This document shows positions 62,659-64,000 of a stretch of DNA of 64,000 nt, in pieces. This DNA is from Neoconidiobolus thromboides FSU 785 (Eukaryota; Fungi; Entomophthoromycota): positions 11,508 to 75,507 of the forward strand of contig MU626362.1 in the NCBI GenBank assembly GCA_025603075.1, in the 5' to 3' direction. Below the pieces are notes generated by a model. That model did not search any database. It was not told the origin of the DNA and worked only from the letters and a program-made list of their open reading frames with translations. The translations under genes were made by a program, and so were the position numbers. Positions within the stretch are counted from its first letter, which is position 1; every line of letters begins with the position of its first letter.

Positions 62659-64000
62659 ATTATCTAGTCAAAACTAAGTCAGTCTTAATATATTAAGCTA
62701 AATTATTCTCATTATGATTAAAATGGTAAATCTTTACTTACCAAACAAAACTTGGGAGTATATGACTAAACAGGGAGTTGTTATATAAAAGGAAGTAATA
62801 AGCTATTCAAATTGCTTTGATTAAGGTGTTTAAAAAAGGAATGTCCAAATTTATCATCTTTTTATACCCACTTTCTTACTTTGAGCTAAGCTTAATTTTC
62901 AATTTTTGAATTAAAATAACGAATCATAATCCATAAAATAAAAATGATTGGATAAAAATCGAATAAGCTTTATGCTACTTTTAGCAATGAAGTTTTCATA
63001 ATGTTTGATATTTCTTATATAGTAAAACAAACGGTTTAGCAGACCATCAATACTTGAAATGCAAGCCAGATTTAGGAAGGTAATTGGTTGATTAAGTATT
63101 TCTTAAATTTCTAAAGTCTATTCTATTGGACAATCGCCTATTTGGAGCATTAAATAGATTTAAGGAACATAATTTTCCAATTTTAAAAGAATATTTAAAT
63201 TTAGAAATATGACGGAATTGATTAGTTCAAAAATATCAAGTCTTTTTTGATTTGTCAGTTCGAATAAAATATAAAATGATATTTAAATGCAATCAATTTG
63301 AGGATAAACTTTATATTATTTACGAAATGAAAAAGGTTGATAAATACTTCACTACCACTTCATCTCTCTTAAAAATATTTGGAATTAAAATAATTATATT
63401 ATTTTAAACTTTTAGAATTGATGCTTTTAAAGTTAAAGTTAAAATAATAGTATTGAGTGGATTTTTTTAATAAATGTTCAGGAACTGCGTATGCTAAATT
63501 TAGAACCTATTTTCAAGATCCTATTACATATGGTCATTATTACTTATATAGATAATTCTATTGGTTTATTGAAACATGTAATAATCACCTGGTCTAAAGC
63601 TTATCGAAAAACATGAACAAATAATACCTATATTTAACAAATAGTTTTTCTAAATTTTACTGTTGAGGGAATCCTATTAGCTATAAATTCCTTTAATAAA
63701 AGTGGTTCTTATGAGTATAGTTTTCTTTTATTAATTTGGGCAAAGATCAATAAATTTTAATAATAAATATTTAAATTATATGGGGTTGTCTGAATTAGTT
63801 TGATTATTTTATCCAATTTAAATATTTTGTATTTTAAAAATTTCGCTTAAAATTCTATAAATCAAATCTTTTATTAAAACAAAAGTACCCAAACACAGTT
63901 CTAAATCATTCTATTATAGTTTATCCCATAAGTTAGTTTGAATTTCTATTAGATCTTAAATACATATTCTTATAAAACTTTATTGAGAAATATTTATTAT

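Noticed and set aside
63000-63760. Possible pseudogene fragment near the window end
   Set aside because: Short open stretches without a recognisable domain

Overview
Very AT-rich eukaryotic DNA with short (about 44-60 nt) GT-AG introns. Gene content points to an early-diverging fungus, probably Zoopagomycota/Entomophthoromycotina-like (inference only). The window holds about 20 intact protein genes: two-RRM SR splicing factor, YPK1, secreted tyrosinase, ankyrin-AAA+ Skd3/CLPB, SLT2-type MAPK, CUE protein, CAND1, KGD4, Cys-rich Ctr copper transporter, CAMKL kinase, RPL43, AOX, RasGEF, ornithine aminotransferase, NC2-beta, SDH3, a Zn2Cys6 factor, MCM1 and two orphans. It also has two tRNAs (Gly-GCC, Ile-AAT) and two clear pseudogenes plus one probable. 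The most striking non-genic signal is a family of 93-99 bp MITEs: 18 clear copies and 1 degenerate copy, with GRG...CYC termini and 4-bp A-N-N-T target duplications (Sola-like). These copies form inverted pairs and carry an intron-like cassette. One copy sits inside a type IIC Na/K-ATPase pseudogene that has five in-frame TAA/TAG stops and no frameshifting indel other than the MITE, suggesting RIP-like CpA>TpA damage. Other highlights are an animal-type Skd3/CLPB in a fungus, a Ctr with a four-repeat Cys/Met ectodomain, and an SdhC with a remodelled quinone site. No computation or database search was run; all alignments are by eye from recalled consensus motifs.
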